NCBI GenBank assembly: GCA_040900025.1
Contig: JBBDZT010000022.1
Span: 1-35,532 of the forward strand
Length of the DNA: 35,532 bases
Direction: 5' to 3'
Origin: Candidatus Saccharimonadales bacterium
GTDB taxonomy: Bacteria > Patescibacteriota > Saccharimonadia > Saccharimonadales > 2-12-FULL-41-12
Shown: positions 34,109 through 35,532 of the stretch, in pieces
How the letters are laid out: each line of letters opens with the position of its first letter
Position numbering within the stretch: the stretch's first letter is position 1
Made by a program: the position numbers and the translations under genes
The notes under the pieces: generated by a model
What the model saw: only the letters and a program-made list of their open reading frames with translations
What the model was told of the DNA's origin: nothing
Database searches by the model: none

Positions 34109-35515
34109 TTATTCTAGCATCTCCGCAGAGCCAAAGACATTGCTTATGTTTGATATATCTTTTGAGCTATCATATTTTTTATCAGGTTCTTCAAATGTTT
34201 CTTCTTTAATTATAACCGTGTCCACAGATGTTATTTTTGAATTATGTTTATTTATGATTTCAATTATCCTCAATCGGTTGCGTTTCATATCCAACTGTTT
34301 TTTGTGAAAGTTAAATTTAAGTCTAAGCTCAAGACTGTCCTTATTAATACCCACGTCGGCCATTCTGGCGACGCCGTATAATGTACTATTTGAGGTTTTG
34401 AGCTCGTCTAATACCTTTTGCCAAAGTCCCGAATCGTTTCCTGCCTTAGGGTCTGAAGCCGGCGGTTCATGGTTAATCTGGTTATCCGTATTTTTATCCG
34501 GCCCAATTTTCTCTATTTCTATTATCGGTTCATTATCCTGTGGTTCTGGCTGAGGAGAGCTTACGGGTGACGACACATGTTTTAAAAGACAAACCTCAAA
34601 GGCGAGCCACTTGTCCGAATAATTCTCAATATTCATTATCTCTGTAAGCAGGCTTAGAAGGTGCTTGGAAGCGGAACCTGAAGCGATTTTATGCCTTATA
34701 AGTTTTGAAAATTGGATAATAGCTTTTTCAGAATTAACGCCTGCATTACGCATAGCTTCAAGCTTGCTTATTATTCCTTGAGCATCATTTGAGTCGATTA
34801 AGTTATACAAGTCGGTAATATTCTTTTTGTTCGCCAGTCCAAGTAAAAGCTCAATGTTCGACGAGCTTATTTGATCCGATAAATTCCTAGCCTGATCTAA
34901 AATTGCTATGGCGTCTCGCAGGCTTCCGGAGCTGTTTTCAGTTATAGTCCGCAGAGCCTCCTCGTCAGTTTTAATTTTTTCTTTTGAGGCAATTTTTTTA
35001 AGATGCTCTATCATATCTTCACTGCTAATTGATCTGAATGAAAAACGAATACAGCGGCTAATGATTGTTTCCGGAAGTTTATGGTAGTCTGTGGTCGCTA
35101 ATATGAAGATACAGTGTTTAGGCGGTTCCTCCAGAGTCTTCAAGAGAGCATTAAACGCTTCGCGAGTGAGCATATGTACTTCATCTATTATGTAGACTTT
35201 GTAGCTGAGGCTCGAGGGAGCGATATTAACTTTTTCTCTTAAGTCGCGTATTTCATCAATTTTGCGATTGGAAGCCGCGTCAATTTCAATAATATCCGGG
35301 TTATTTTCGGTCTGCTCATATTGTATTCCGTTCACGTAGCTCGCGAATATCCTGGCAACCGAAGTTTTACCCACGCCTCTAAGACCGGTCAGTAAGTAAG
35401 CATGAGAAAACGTATTATTATCGACTGAGTTTTGAAGCGTTTTTGTAATATGTTCCTGCCCCACCACATCTTTAAAAGACTTCGAACGATACTTTCTATA
35501 AAGGGCCAAACTCAT
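34109..35515 (-). CDS. dnaX: DNA polymerase III subunit gamma/tau
   Basis: 468 aa with LALYRKYRSKSFKDVVGQEH, Walker A GLRGVGKTS, IIDEVHML and LKTLEEPP blocks. Confidence 0.93.
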   Translation of the reverse strand: MSLALYRKYRSKSFKDVVGQEHITKTLQNSVDNNTFSHAYLLTGLRGVGKTSVARIFASYVNGIQYEQTENNPDIIEIDAASNRKIDEIRDLREKVNIAPSSLSYKVYIIDEVHMLTREAFNALLKTLEEPPKHCIFILATTDYHKLPETIISRCIRFSFRSISSEDMIEHLKKIASKEKIKTDEEALRTITENSSGSLRDAIAILDQARNLSDQISSSNIELLLGLANKKNITDLYNLIDSNDAQGIISKLEAMRNAGVNSEKAIIQFSKLIRHKIASGSASKHLLSLLTEIMNIENYSDKWLAFEVCLLKHVSSPVSSPQPEPQDNEPIIEIEKIGPDKNTDNQINHEPPASDPKAGNDSGLWQKVLDELKTSNSTLYGVARMADVGINKDSLELRLKFNFHKKQLDMKRNRLRIIEIINKHNSKITSVDTVIIKEETFEEPDKKYDSSKDISNISNVFGSAEMLE

Positions 35516-35522
35516 TACTCAT

Positions 35523-35531
35523 ATTATAACA
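35523..35531 (-). promoter_or_regulatory. Consensus extended -10 (TGTTATAAT), 7 nt upstream of the dnaX ATG (leaderless-type)
   Basis: Minus strand reads CTGTTATAAT-ATGAGTA-ATG. There is no room for a Shine-Dalgarno sequence. Confidence 0.55.
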
Positions 35532-35532
35532 G

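Noticed and set aside
34298-34303. A6 run in dnaX as a possible gamma/tau frameshift site
   Set aside because: It is not in the X XXY YYZ register (CAC AAA AAA CAG). It also lies at about codon 404 of 468, too near the C-terminus to generate a meaningful gamma product.
1-35532. Alternative genetic code (TGA recoded, as in some candidate phyla)
   Set aside because: purM, prs, recR and the upstream GT4 end at TGA at family-consistent C-termini, often in ATGA/GTGA coupling overlaps. I saw no in-frame TGA in conserved genes.
1-35532. CRISPR arrays, IS elements, integrases, prophage genes
   Set aside because: I saw no regularly spaced repeats and no ORF with transposase, integrase or recombinase motifs. 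The only repeats are the two described (the cassette-flanking repeat and the half-tRNA copy).

Overview
Almost fully coding bacterial window with about 33 protein genes and one tRNA. It uses the standard genetic code: TGA is a stop at several well-supported C-termini. Genes are mostly joined by 4-nt ATGA/GTGA overlaps or gaps under 50 nt. This compactness and the short protein variants are reminiscent of a reduced-genome lineage (possibly Patescibacteria/CPR-like), but lineage cannot be fixed from the window. Region 1-17.5 kb holds a near-complete de novo purine cluster: purL (partial, missing from the ORF track), purM, prs, purE, an FchA-like cyclohydrolase, a shortened folD, purF, purN, purD, purC and purB, followed by carA-carB. 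Region 17.5-22.9 kb is the accessory part. It contains a small polytopic membrane protein and a three-gene cassette (PhnW-like aminotransferase, CDP-alcohol phosphotransferase, LicC/PntC-like cytidylyltransferase). The cassette is bracketed by an imperfect ~42-nt direct repeat that duplicates a promoter plus the first five codons of the membrane-protein gene. It also contains an AT-rich two-gene islet of membrane-anchored orphan proteins starting 9 nt after tRNA-Gln(UUG), a degenerate 5'-half copy of that tRNA followed by a chain of stem-loops, and a long palindrome. Region 22.9-28.1 kb is a cell-envelope locus: VanY-like peptidase, alpha/beta hydrolase, two PimA-like GT4 glycosyltransferases and an AI-2E family permease. 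Region 28.1-35.5 kb is a housekeeping array on the minus strand: dnaX, dnaB, a GT-C-like membrane protein, ybaB, recR, a DHH phosphoesterase and cysS. I saw no CRISPR array, rRNA, integrase or transposase. The best candidate for an undescribed system is the repeat-bracketed head-group activation cassette, which lacks PEP mutase. The tRNA-Gln-linked islet and structured RNA region comes next.
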